From contig CBDDPY010000002.1 of NCBI GenBank assembly GCA_965232515.1, positions 4,160,001-4,224,000 on the forward strand: DNA of 64,000 bases, read 5' to 3'. The position numbers and the translations under genes are program-made. Below, one piece after another: positions 40,654 to 49,686 of this stretch; the stretch's first letter is position 1, and the number at the start of each line of letters is the position of its first letter. The DNA is from Alphaproteobacteria bacterium (lineage in GTDB: Bacteria; Pseudomonadota; Alphaproteobacteria; GCA-2731375). Under the pieces are notes generated by a model. It was not told the origin of the DNA, searched no databases, and saw nothing but the letters and a program-made list of their open reading frames with translations.

Positions 40654-41454
40654 TTAGTTTTTCGGCAGTTCGAAGTCGGGAAAATATCGCTGCAATAAAT
40701 CGTCGCAGTGCGTTCGCAGTTTTCGGCGAACGAAATCCGCATCCAATTCGGATATCAGATTCCGGTCCTTCCTGGTCGGATGGGAGTGCGACTTCGACGC
40801 GTTCAGCTTTTTCAGCGGGCTTCCGGTGAAGCCGGCGATTTGTTCGAGGCTTGCGGAAATTCGATCTGTTCTCAAGACCAGCAGCCTGTCGGGCGGCACC
40901 ACCGACAACACCCGCCGATTGTGCGCCGCCCAATAGGCGAAGTATCCATCGAGCGTGTAGAACCCGTGATCCTTAAGGATCTTCTCTTCGGCGGAATGAG
41001 TATGGATTTCCGGCTTGAATCTCAGCTCGCTCAATCGCAGCCAAGGATTGTCCGGCGGCGACGGGTTGTTGATGCGGTGGTTGACGAACGAGTTGACCCA
41101 GGAGTAGGGATCGCGGATCGTCAGAATGAACTTGGCCGCCTCGAAGCGGTCGACCAGCGTGTCGATGAAGAAGTAGTTCAGCTGGCTCGAATTCATCTCC
41201 AGATCGAGGCGTCGGTCGGTCGCCACGATAAAGTCGTCAAATGCCTGTCGGGTGATGCGGCCGTTTTCGAACGAGATGATGGCGTCGATCGCCGCCGCGG
41301 CGTCCGGCTCGTGCCCGGCGCGGTACCTCGTGGCGAACAGCTGGGCCAACGATACGGTTCCGGATTTCGCCGTGCCGACGCAATAGATCTGGAAACGCCG
41401 CTTGCGCCCGGGCAATCCGCGCCGGAGCGCCGGGCGCACGAGCTTCATCAGCAT
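40654..41454 (-). CDS. Sulfotransferase family protein
   Basis: VGTAKSGTVSL, KFILTIRDPYSWVNS, HNRRV..VP.DRLL. Confidence 0.85.
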   Translation of the reverse strand: MLMKLVRPALRRGLPGRKRRFQIYCVGTAKSGTVSLAQLFATRYRAGHEPDAAAAIDAIISFENGRITRQAFDDFIVATDRRLDLEMNSSQLNYFFIDTLVDRFEAAKFILTIRDPYSWVNSFVNHRINNPSPPDNPWLRLSELRFKPEIHTHSAEEKILKDHGFYTLDGYFAYWAAHNRRVLSVVPPDRLLVLRTDRISASLEQIAGFTGSPLKKLNASKSHSHPTRKDRNLISELDADFVRRKLRTHCDDLLQRYFPDFELPKN

Positions 41455-41640
41455 TGGAACGACACGTCCTACTCCCGATCCCGCCGGGGCGATGTGATCC
41501 GCCCGAGCGGGATCTCGACTGCGTCACGGCACCGCGAACGGTATCACAGCGGCCGAACGCTTCCAATTCGGCGGGCCCTGGTGGATAAAGTGCGACAGGT
41601 TCAAGCTGTCATCGACGCTCGGACGTGACGAAAAGCGCTT

Positions 41641-42648
41641 ATGAGTGAAAATCCGACACCGCCTCGCTACACGGCGCAGGCACAGGAGTTGAAAGACAAG
41701 CTGCTGCTCCTGAAAGACCTGATTCCGGTCGGTTCACCGATTTTCTATTTCGATTACGCGGTCTATTCGAATGTCGGCGATCTGCTTATCCACTATGCGA
41801 CACAGAAGTTTCTGGAAGATCACGGCTATGCGATACGAAGCTGGACGTCGCACCAGAACCTGACGCAACGGACGCTGGACTCGATCACCGACGACGCCAC
41901 CATCGTCTTCCAGGGCGGCGGCAATTTTGGCGACCTCTACAGCCTTCATCAGGACATGCGGCTGCGCGTGTTGTCGGCCAAACCCAACGTCCGGTCGGTC
42001 ATTCTGCCGCAAAGCATCTATTTCACGGACGAAGCAAAGACGCGGGAGACGGCACGCATCTTCGCGCGCTGCCGCGACCTGCATTTCGTGACGCGGGACC
42101 GTGTGTCGCTGGCGTTCGCACAGAAGCGCTTTTCCGCCAATCTCTACTGCCTGCCGGATATCGTGCATTATCTTTTTCAAGCCGACCGTCCCGCACCGAC
42201 GGCCGGCGGCACGCTGTATTTCGTCCGCCGCGACCACTTCCGAAGTCCGGATCAGGACCCGGCGGTTCAACATCTGTTGGCGGACGCGCAAGAGGCCGAT
42301 TTCGTCGACTGGTCCGATTTTCTGAGCCGGTCCGACAAACGGATCTTTCGACTTGCAGACCGGCTGCACCGGCTCGACCGGCTGGCCGGCAACCGCATGC
42401 CGGTGCATGCGGGCTGGCTGATCTACCGGGACCGGCTGGTCGACCGCGCGCTGTCGTTCTTCGCTCGACACGACGGTCTGATCACCAACCGCCTGCACGG
42501 CCTGCTGCTGGGACTTCTGTCGGGACACCGTATCTCGGTCTTCGACACGCAGTACGGAAAGCTGACGTCCTACTACGAGAGCTGGCTGTCCGATTTCCCC
42601 GATCTCGATCTGGTCGGCGCGCCGATCCACGAGGGCTATATGACCTGA
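41641..42648 (+). CDS. Polysaccharide pyruvyl transferase, copy 1
   Basis: NVGDLLI, GGGNFGDLY, LPQS, RD..S, TNRLHG, YGK. Confidence 0.9.
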   Translation: MSENPTPPRYTAQAQELKDKLLLLKDLIPVGSPIFYFDYAVYSNVGDLLIHYATQKFLEDHGYAIRSWTSHQNLTQRTLDSITDDATIVFQGGGNFGDLYSLHQDMRLRVLSAKPNVRSVILPQSIYFTDEAKTRETARIFARCRDLHFVTRDRVSLAFAQKRFSANLYCLPDIVHYLFQADRPAPTAGGTLYFVRRDHFRSPDQDPAVQHLLADAQEADFVDWSDFLSRSDKRIFRLADRLHRLDRLAGNRMPVHAGWLIYRDRLVDRALSFFARHDGLITNRLHGLLLGLLSGHRISVFDTQYGKLTSYYESWLSDFPDLDLVGAPIHEGYMT

Positions 42649-42669
42649 GGCCGCCCCCTCTCGTGCCGC

Positions 42670-43815
42670 CTATCGGCCGGCCGGCCAGAGCCGGTTGAAG
42701 TCGTCGGCAACGGCAGCGGCTTCGGGCCGTCGCTTGCGCAGCAGGCGCCGGACCATCAGGCCCGCCGCCGCGGGCAGATAGCGCCAGCAACGGAGAACAA
42801 ACCGCACGGCCGAAAGCCGCCGCCGGGACAGTCCGCCCTTCAACAGCATCGTTTGAAACAGCAGGCGGGTCGCGTTCTGCCGGACGGCCAGGCGATCGGC
42901 ATTCGTCAGCGAGGCCGCATAACGACGGAAAAAGCCATCCAGCAACCCATCGACAGCCGCGCGACAGTCCTCCGCCTCGCCAAGCGTGATCGGTTGCGGA
43001 TTGTCGCCCCCATGAATCGCGACCAGGCGTGCGACGCCGAGACGATACGCGGCAAGATCCGGAAACAGTCTTTCCAGATATCCGTGCGCGATCGAGGTCG
43101 TCACCGCGAGCTGCATATCCCGCTTGGCGACACCGATCGCCGCCGAACCGCGATGCCACCGCAGCAGGGGTTCGCCGAGCCGAACGCCCCGGCCCCGATC
43201 GAGAATACGGACCCAAAGCTCGTGATCCTGGGCGATGGGAATGGTTTCGTCATAGCTCAGACCGGCATCGCGGACGAGTTCGCCGCGAAACATCACCGTG
43301 GGGTGGATGACCGGCGAATGGAGCAGCAACGTCCAGCGGAACTCGGCATCATCCATCGGCCGGTTCACGAACTCGACCACATTGCCCGACGGATCGACGG
43401 ATACATAGCCCGTCCCGGCCAGCACGACGTCCGGATGGGCATCCATGTAGGCGACCTGGCGCGCGAGGCGTTCGGGATGGGCGACATCGTCCGCATCGAT
43501 GCGCGCGATATAGCGCCCGCGCGTGGCCTTCAGGCCGACGTTGAGCGCTCTCGTGACCCCGAGATTCCGTGCATTGGTGATGACACGAACGCGGGCATCG
43601 GCAATTTCAGCGAGCAACGTCGACGTCGCGTCGGTCGAGCCGTCGTCGACAATGATGAATTCGAAGTCGGTGAAGCTCTGGGCGAGGATGCTCTCGACCG
43701 CCGTCAGTACATGCGCCTCGCCGTTGTGCACCGGCATCAGGACGCTGACCGATGGCACGGTCGCCTTGGCGCCGGTCGCGCCGTCGCGCATTGCACCGTC
43801 ACTGAGCGAATACAT
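42670..43815 (-). CDS. GT2 glycosyltransferase (close paralog of 35776-36849)
   Basis: PVHNGE, DDGSTD, DADD, RPMDDAEFRW..LHSPVIHP. Confidence 0.92.
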   Translation of the reverse strand: MYSLSDGAMRDGATGAKATVPSVSVLMPVHNGEAHVLTAVESILAQSFTDFEFIIVDDGSTDATSTLLAEIADARVRVITNARNLGVTRALNVGLKATRGRYIARIDADDVAHPERLARQVAYMDAHPDVVLAGTGYVSVDPSGNVVEFVNRPMDDAEFRWTLLLHSPVIHPTVMFRGELVRDAGLSYDETIPIAQDHELWVRILDRGRGVRLGEPLLRWHRGSAAIGVAKRDMQLAVTTSIAHGYLERLFPDLAAYRLGVARLVAIHGGDNPQPITLGEAEDCRAAVDGLLDGFFRRYAASLTNADRLAVRQNATRLLFQTMLLKGGLSRRRLSAVRFVLRCWRYLPAAAGLMVRRLLRKRRPEAAAVADDFNRLWPAGR

Positions 43816-43875
43816 GGCGGCACGTTATGCGGGGCTGATCCAGACAGCGTGTGAGCCCGGCCACAGGACCCCCCG

Positions 43876-44784
43876 TCACCCCTTGATGACGTTGGCCAGA
43901 TGCTTGAGCGAGGGGAGGTGGCCGGAGCGTTGGCGGCGCAAATGATAACGCGCGGGCTGGTAGAGCTGCTCGACGGAACGCACCTCGATGTCGCGTATCT
44001 CGTCGGCCTTCACGAAGAACGCATTTACCCCCGCCAGACCGCAACAGACGAGTTCGTAGCCGCGACCCTTCAGCAGCTCGACGAAACATTGCAACGAGGC
44101 GCCCTGATAATCGTCATCGTGCCACGCGTGCCGGTCATTGTAGTCGATAGTGATTTGCATCGGTGGCGGATACTTGGCGTTGTATTCGACGCAGACCACC
44201 CTGGCATCGAGACGCGTGAGCCGCTCCAGCACATAGACATCGTTGCCGTCGATATCGACCGACAGGAAATCGACCGCAAGCGGAAACGTCGTCTCGCCAA
44301 GCGATCGGAAGGCGTCCTCCAGAACGTCGTCGATATTGTCCCGATCGACAAAGGCGTTCGCGACCACCAGCTTGCGGCTGCGCAGGGGCAGGAACCGGGC
44401 GATGAAGTCGGTCTTCTTCTTCGATCCCTCGACCCAGACGCCGCGCCAGTCCTTGAGCAACAGCGCATGCGTGTTGTTCTCCAAACCATCGGAAGCGCCG
44501 ATCTCGCAGAACAGCTTCGACCTGGTGCCGATACGATCGAAGATCTCGGCGACGATACCGTCCTCGTCGTTTTGCGAGTAAATCTTGTGCCCGGACAGCA
44601 CCAGGGATTTGTCGTCTTGGGCGCGAACCCTCTCTTTCAGCCGGTCATATTCCTGCTCGATGGCGATCTGCAGGTTGACGTCCTCGATGATCTGCAGCGT
44701 GCCCTGCAGGACGAAGCGGAAGAATTTCTGCAGCGGTCGGAAGATACGCTTCAATACGTCGATCACGGCAATCACTTTCGGCAA
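43876..44784 (-). CDS. FkbM-like methyltransferase (start uncertain)
   Basis: YSQNDEDGI, EIGASDG.ENN, SVDIDGND, EYN, GASL, NAFFV. Confidence 0.8.
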   Translation of the reverse strand: MPKVIAVIDVLKRIFRPLQKFFRFVLQGTLQIIEDVNLQIAIEQEYDRLKERVRAQDDKSLVLSGHKIYSQNDEDGIVAEIFDRIGTRSKLFCEIGASDGLENNTHALLLKDWRGVWVEGSKKKTDFIARFLPLRSRKLVVANAFVDRDNIDDVLEDAFRSLGETTFPLAVDFLSVDIDGNDVYVLERLTRLDARVVCVEYNAKYPPPMQITIDYNDRHAWHDDDYQGASLQCFVELLKGRGYELVCCGLAGVNAFFVKADEIRDIEVRSVEQLYQPARYHLRRQRSGHLPSLKHLANVIKG

Positions 44785-44814
44785 TTTCGATCGGCAATAT
44801 GGCCCGACATCTGG

Positions 44815-45942
44815 TCAGCGACCAGCCGCGGCAGCGAGGAAGCGGGACGCGGGCTCGGCATAGGCATCGGGCGCGAAACGGGCCGAGATCGCCGGCGGCA
44901 CGCTGGCCGCGCGCAGGTCGCGGACCGCCGGCGACGACAGAAATCCGACCCAGTCATCGGCCTCGTCCAACCAGACGACGCCCTCGGTCCCGGGCAGGTC
45001 CAGGCCGCGTCCGGCGAAGCGGGTGGCGACGGTGGGCATGCCGTTGTAGAGCATCTCGGCAAACTTCACGTTGACCCCGGCGCCCGAGAAGATCGGACAG
45101 ATCATGATGTCGCAGGCGGCCCAGACGTCCCGGATCTCGGGCACGAAGCCGTGCCGGACGACACGGTCGTCGTCGAAGCGCATGGCCTCGCTGCCCTGGC
45201 CGAACAGATGCAGGCGCACGTTGCCGGGCAACCGTGGCAGCACCCGAACGACAAACCAGTCGAGCCCTTCGCGGTTCGGCCAATGGCTCCATTTCGACAG
45301 AAAACCGATATCCAGATCCAGCTTCGATGCCGGCGGCACGCGGCGGGCATGGGGCCGGTAGGCAAAGACCGGGGGCAGATGCAGCACGCGCGCGTCCGGC
45401 GCCTGATCGAGGATGTAGGCGCGGTCGTCGCTGGAAATGGTGATGATGCCGTCGGCGCGTCGAAAAACGCGATGCTCGAATTCGGCGAACTTGCCGACGT
45501 CGCGGTCATACCAGCGGCGGTAAAGCGCGTATTCGAGGCCCAGGTTTTCGACACTCAGCGCGTGCAGCCTGCTCTCGATGTTGTGGGATATGAGCACCAC
45601 CGGCGTTTCGGCCGCGAGCTCGTCGATAATCCAGGCCGCCGGCAGATAGTTGACGAGCACGAGGTCGATACCATCGCCGCGGATGTCGGCCCGCACCCGC
45701 TCGGCAAGAGACCGCGAACGATAATACGCCATCGACGCGGGCAGCGCGGGGTCCGCGCCAAGGGTCAGGCGATACAGGCGTTTCAGCTTGCGCAGACCGG
45801 CCGGCGCCTCGCCGCAGCCGAGATAGTCGATCCGAGCGTTGATGGGCGGCGCCCGCAACACGTCCAGCACGCCCTGCGAATAGGCCGCGCCACCGCCCTT
45901 CTGGCCGGCGAGATCGACTGTCGAAAGGCAGAGAATACGCAT
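44815..45942 (-). CDS. GT4 glycosyltransferase, copy 1 of a pair
   Basis: HNIES, WPNREGL.WF, PIFSGAGVNVKFAE. Confidence 0.87.
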   Translation of the reverse strand: MRILCLSTVDLAGQKGGGAAYSQGVLDVLRAPPINARIDYLGCGEAPAGLRKLKRLYRLTLGADPALPASMAYYRSRSLAERVRADIRGDGIDLVLVNYLPAAWIIDELAAETPVVLISHNIESRLHALSVENLGLEYALYRRWYDRDVGKFAEFEHRVFRRADGIITISSDDRAYILDQAPDARVLHLPPVFAYRPHARRVPPASKLDLDIGFLSKWSHWPNREGLDWFVVRVLPRLPGNVRLHLFGQGSEAMRFDDDRVVRHGFVPEIRDVWAACDIMICPIFSGAGVNVKFAEMLYNGMPTVATRFAGRGLDLPGTEGVVWLDEADDWVGFLSSPAVRDLRAASVPPAISARFAPDAYAEPASRFLAAAAGR

Positions 45943-46329
45943 GCCGAGCACATCCGCCAGCGGATCGAGACACCCTTGGCAAGCCGGCGGACGCCGCCGC
46001 GCCGGGAGGCCGAAAGCCCTGCATAACCGCTTTCGGCGGCACGCGCCAGACCCGCCGGAGCGGGAATAGCGGGTCGCCGTCAGATCAATTTGTGAGATCC
46101 GTGACGCGATGTTGTCACAGTACGGACGCGCAATATCGCGTTCTAATTCACGACATTGACAGGAAAGCCGGGCAGGTCGGCGGTCGAGCGCGCGTGACGT
46201 CTGATCTGGTCGAGGCGGCGTGCCGCCGGACGACGCACCGACGATCGTGCCCGACACGCGTAGGACGCCCGGCTCGACAGTCCCCGTCACGATGACGACC
46301 GGTGCGGACGTCCGGAGAGGGAGACGTGG

Positions 46330-47736
46330 ATGATGGCTGACCGGTTGGCGCGGCTGGCGTTCTGGCTCTCGCTGTGTGTCGCCGCCTTCGCTTATGGCGT
46401 CGCCGTCGTCGGCTTCCAGATCTTTCCCTATGCGTTCGTCCGATCGACGTTCGTTACGCTTGGCGAGATAAAGCAACACGTCACCGCGAAGAATGTCGGC
46501 GCGTTTCTGAAATTCTCTGACATCGAACGGCTGAACGCGGCGTCCGAACGCATTCAGCCGGTGCGTGACGCCGAGACCGACGATGGCTTTCTGTTCTTCG
46601 GCGGCCAGTTTCAGTTCATGGAGCACTGCCCCGAACGGGGCTGCCTCGCGGTCATCTATTCGCGGTCCGGCGAACTGGTCGAGGCCTATCCCTACCGGCC
46701 GCGCGACATCTTCGAGAGCAACGAAGCGACCGGCTTTCCCTACGAGACGATCTTTTTCGACTTCAGCCGGCATTCCAATCCGCTGGGCATCGAACGCTAT
46801 GCCAACGGCGACCTGCTGGCGGTGTTCCAGGGCCAATTCGTCTTTCCGTTCGGCACCGGCGTCGCGCGCGTCGACCGGGACGGCCGCCCCGTCTGGTTCC
46901 GCTGGGACTACAGCCACCACTGGCCGACGCTGAATGCCGACGAGCAGGCGATCGTGCCCGGTACGCAGATCGGCGACGCGCCCGTGGCCGTGAAGATGCC
47001 GGGCTGGGGCTTCCGCCTGCAATGCAAGAGCGGGCATCCCTATCGCGACACGCTGAAGGTCCTCGATCCCGACGGCGAGATGCGCCGCGAGATATTCGTG
47101 CTGGACGCGCTGCTGGCCTCGCCTTACCGCGCCGTGCTGAAGCAGTCGACGGATCCCTGCGATCCGACGCACCTGAACTATGCGCAGCAGGTGTCGGACG
47201 ACCTTGCCGCCAACATCGACGGCGTCGCGGCCGGCGACTTCCTGGTCTCGCTACGGAACATCAGCGCCTTCGGCTTCATCGACGGCGCGGACGGGCGCCT
47301 GAAACGCCTGGTGCGCGGCACCTTCATCCAGCAGCACAGCGTGCAGCACCTGCGGGGCACCCAGTTCCTGATGTTTGACAACCTGGGCGCCGACGCCGAG
47401 GGCGGCCCGTCGCGGCTGCTGCTGGTCGACCTGTCGAGCGGCGCCGAGACGACGATTTTCCCAAACGCGCGCACGCCCGAGGCATTCCGGTCCATGTTCT
47501 CGGCAACCGGCGGACACGTCACGGTGTCGCCGGACCGCCGACGCGCGATCATCGCCTATACGCGCGCCGGCAAGGCGTTCGAGATCCGCCTGTCGGACGG
47601 CGCCGTCCTGACCGCGTTCAACAATCTTCACGACGTCGCCAGGGTCGACGAACTGTCGGACAAACGCGCGCAGTTTGCCGCCGTCTTCCGCACCTACGGC
47701 ATCGATTACGTCCAGATGAGGAGACAAGTGCAATGA
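46330..47736 (+). CDS. Aryl-sulfate sulfotransferase (ASST family, PAPS-independent), membrane-anchored
   Basis: N-terminal TM; SHH, THLN, SLRN, QQHS, FDN in the order of the ASST catalytic residues. Confidence 0.82.
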   Translation: MMADRLARLAFWLSLCVAAFAYGVAVVGFQIFPYAFVRSTFVTLGEIKQHVTAKNVGAFLKFSDIERLNAASERIQPVRDAETDDGFLFFGGQFQFMEHCPERGCLAVIYSRSGELVEAYPYRPRDIFESNEATGFPYETIFFDFSRHSNPLGIERYANGDLLAVFQGQFVFPFGTGVARVDRDGRPVWFRWDYSHHWPTLNADEQAIVPGTQIGDAPVAVKMPGWGFRLQCKSGHPYRDTLKVLDPDGEMRREIFVLDALLASPYRAVLKQSTDPCDPTHLNYAQQVSDDLAANIDGVAAGDFLVSLRNISAFGFIDGADGRLKRLVRGTFIQQHSVQHLRGTQFLMFDNLGADAEGGPSRLLLVDLSSGAETTIFPNARTPEAFRSMFSATGGHVTVSPDRRRAIIAYTRAGKAFEIRLSDGAVLTAFNNLHDVARVDELSDKRAQFAAVFRTYGIDYVQMRRQVQ

Positions 47737-47978
47737 GATGTCTTTCCGTCCTCGCGCTCACGGCCGGGCTGCTGCTGGCGGCCGCCGAGGCGCAGGCCTA
47801 TATCGGACCCGGCGCCGGGCTGTCGGCGATCGGCGCGGTGATCGCCGTGGTCGCCGCCATGATGCTGGCCGTGGTCGGCTTCGTCTGGTACCCGGTCAAG
47901 CGGCTGATGCGGCGGCGCGGCGCCGCCAAGAGCGACGCGGCCAAGAACGCCCCGCAACAGGCAAACGCTGATCGATGA
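47733..47978 (+). CDS. Small membrane protein with AQA|YIGPGAG motif
   Basis: Signal peptide, YIGPGAG, second TM, basic tail; ATGA overlaps at both ends; GAGGAG RBS. Confidence 0.8.
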   Translation: MRCLSVLALTAGLLLAAAEAQAYIGPGAGLSAIGAVIAVVAAMMLAVVGFVWYPVKRLMRRRGAAKSDAAKNAPQQANADR

Positions 47979-48343
47979 TCATTGCGGCCGCGATCCTGGC
48001 CGTGGCGCTGTTCGTCGTCGCCTTCCGCATGGCGGGGATCGTGCCGATCGCGGCCGATGTCGTGAGCGTGTCGCGCCGGGCCGCGGCGGTGATCGCCGAC
48101 AGCAGCCTTGACGACGATGCCAAGGAACGGCAGATCCGGGCGGCCTCGAAGGGCTTGATGGTCAGCTTCCTGCAGATCTGCCTGCGGACGGGGGTCGTTC
48201 TGGCCGTACCGGCGATCTGCCTCTATGCCGCGTCGCTTGCCGGCCTGATCGAACTGACCGCGGTCAGCGAGACGCTGCTTCGGTGGGAGTTTATCCTGCT
48301 CAGCACCGTCGCCATCGTCGTGGTCAGCATCGTCTGGCGATGA
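47975..48343 (+). CDS. Small membrane protein (about 3 TM), hypothetical
   Basis: Hydrophobic helices around LDDDAKERQIR; ATGA overlaps at both ends. Confidence 0.75.
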   Translation: MIIAAAILAVALFVVAFRMAGIVPIAADVVSVSRRAAAVIADSSLDDDAKERQIRAASKGLMVSFLQICLRTGVVLAVPAICLYAASLAGLIELTAVSETLLRWEFILLSTVAIVVVSIVWR

Positions 48344-49428
48344 GCTTCGCCCACGGCTTCTCCGGCCTCGACCGGTTTCTGCACCGGCTGGCGTTCAACG
48401 GCACCGGTTTGCAGATGGCGGTGGCGGATATCGAGGACCGGCTCTATGCCGGGCGCTACGCCGAGATCGCCGTCGACCGGCCGGTCTTCGTTACCTCGCT
48501 GCCGCGCGCCGGCACGACGCTGCTGCTGGAAGTGCTGGCGGCTCACCCTGACTTCGCGACGCATACCTATCGCGAGATGCCGTTCGTGCTCTGCCCGCTA
48601 ATGTGGCATGCGGTGTCGCGGTCGTTTCGACAGGCCGGCGGCGCGCGCGAACGCGCGCACGGCGACGGCATGACCGTGGACTACGACAGCGTCGAGGCCT
48701 TCGAGGAAATTCTCTGGCGCGCGTTCTGGCCGAAAAAATATGCCGCCGACCGGATCGCGCTTTGGGACGGGGACGACATCGCGGCCGACGATGAGTTCGG
48801 CCCGTTCCTCGCCAACCATATCCGCAAGCTGATCGCGCTCAGGCGACGGGACGGCCTTGCGCCCAGCCGCTATGCATCGAAGAACAACGCCAACATCGCC
48901 CGGCTGCCGGCGCTGGCGCGGCTGTTCCCCGACGCGGTGATCCTGATCCCGTTCCGCAATCCCGTCGACCATGCCGGTTCGATGCTGCGTCAGCACCGGA
49001 ACTTCACGAAGATCCACGGCGAGGACGCCTTCGCCCGACGCTACATGCAGGGCATCGGGCATCTGGAGTTCGGCGAGGCGCTGTGCCCGATCGACTTCGG
49101 CGGCTGGCTGGACCGGAGCGACCTGGCGCCGGCGGACAGTGCGGACTACTGGCTGGCCTATTGGTGCGCGGCCTTCGAGCACGTGCTGGAGGCGCGGCCG
49201 GCCGGCGCGCATCTCGTGAGCTACGACGCCACTTGCCGGGCCGCCACGGGCGCGCTCGGCAGGATCGCCGATGAAATCGGGCTCGACGACCCGGCGCCTC
49301 TAATGTGCCAGGCCTGCAGGTTCCGGCCGCCGGTTGGTTATGACGCCGGCGACCTGGGCGGCAGCCGGGCGCTCGTCGAACGGGCCTTTGCCATCCATGA
49401 TCGGTTGCGCGACGCCGCCATCGGCTAG
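48340..49428 (+). CDS. PAPS-dependent sulfotransferase
   Basis: PVFVTSLPRAGTT, EAFEE, SKNN, FRNP..HA.S; no signal peptide. Confidence 0.9.
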   Translation: MSFAHGFSGLDRFLHRLAFNGTGLQMAVADIEDRLYAGRYAEIAVDRPVFVTSLPRAGTTLLLEVLAAHPDFATHTYREMPFVLCPLMWHAVSRSFRQAGGARERAHGDGMTVDYDSVEAFEEILWRAFWPKKYAADRIALWDGDDIAADDEFGPFLANHIRKLIALRRRDGLAPSRYASKNNANIARLPALARLFPDAVILIPFRNPVDHAGSMLRQHRNFTKIHGEDAFARRYMQGIGHLEFGEALCPIDFGGWLDRSDLAPADSADYWLAYWCAAFEHVLEARPAGAHLVSYDATCRAATGALGRIADEIGLDDPAPLMCQACRFRPPVGYDAGDLGGSRALVERAFAIHDRLRDAAIG

Positions 49429-49686
49429 CCGGACTTTCTCGCCCCCATCATCCTCAAACCATCTGACGTCAAGTCCGGACGCTAGAACAAACGGCTGACT
49501 TACCCAACAAATACGCCAGATTTCGCCCGAAGCCGTGGTGTGAAATAGATCATTCCGCGAATAAGTGGAAAGAAATAATACTGAATCGATTCACTTTGTT
49601 CGCGAATTTGTTACACATTCATCACATACATCTTTACCTGAAACAGAGATACTTTTGCAATAGTAACGAACACTGTAAGTTGTAAA

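Noticed and set aside
44815-47172. 785-aa ORF suggesting a long GT4 fusion
   Set aside because: The N-terminal part is antisense to the ASST gene; the true start at 45942 matches the paralog's N-terminus
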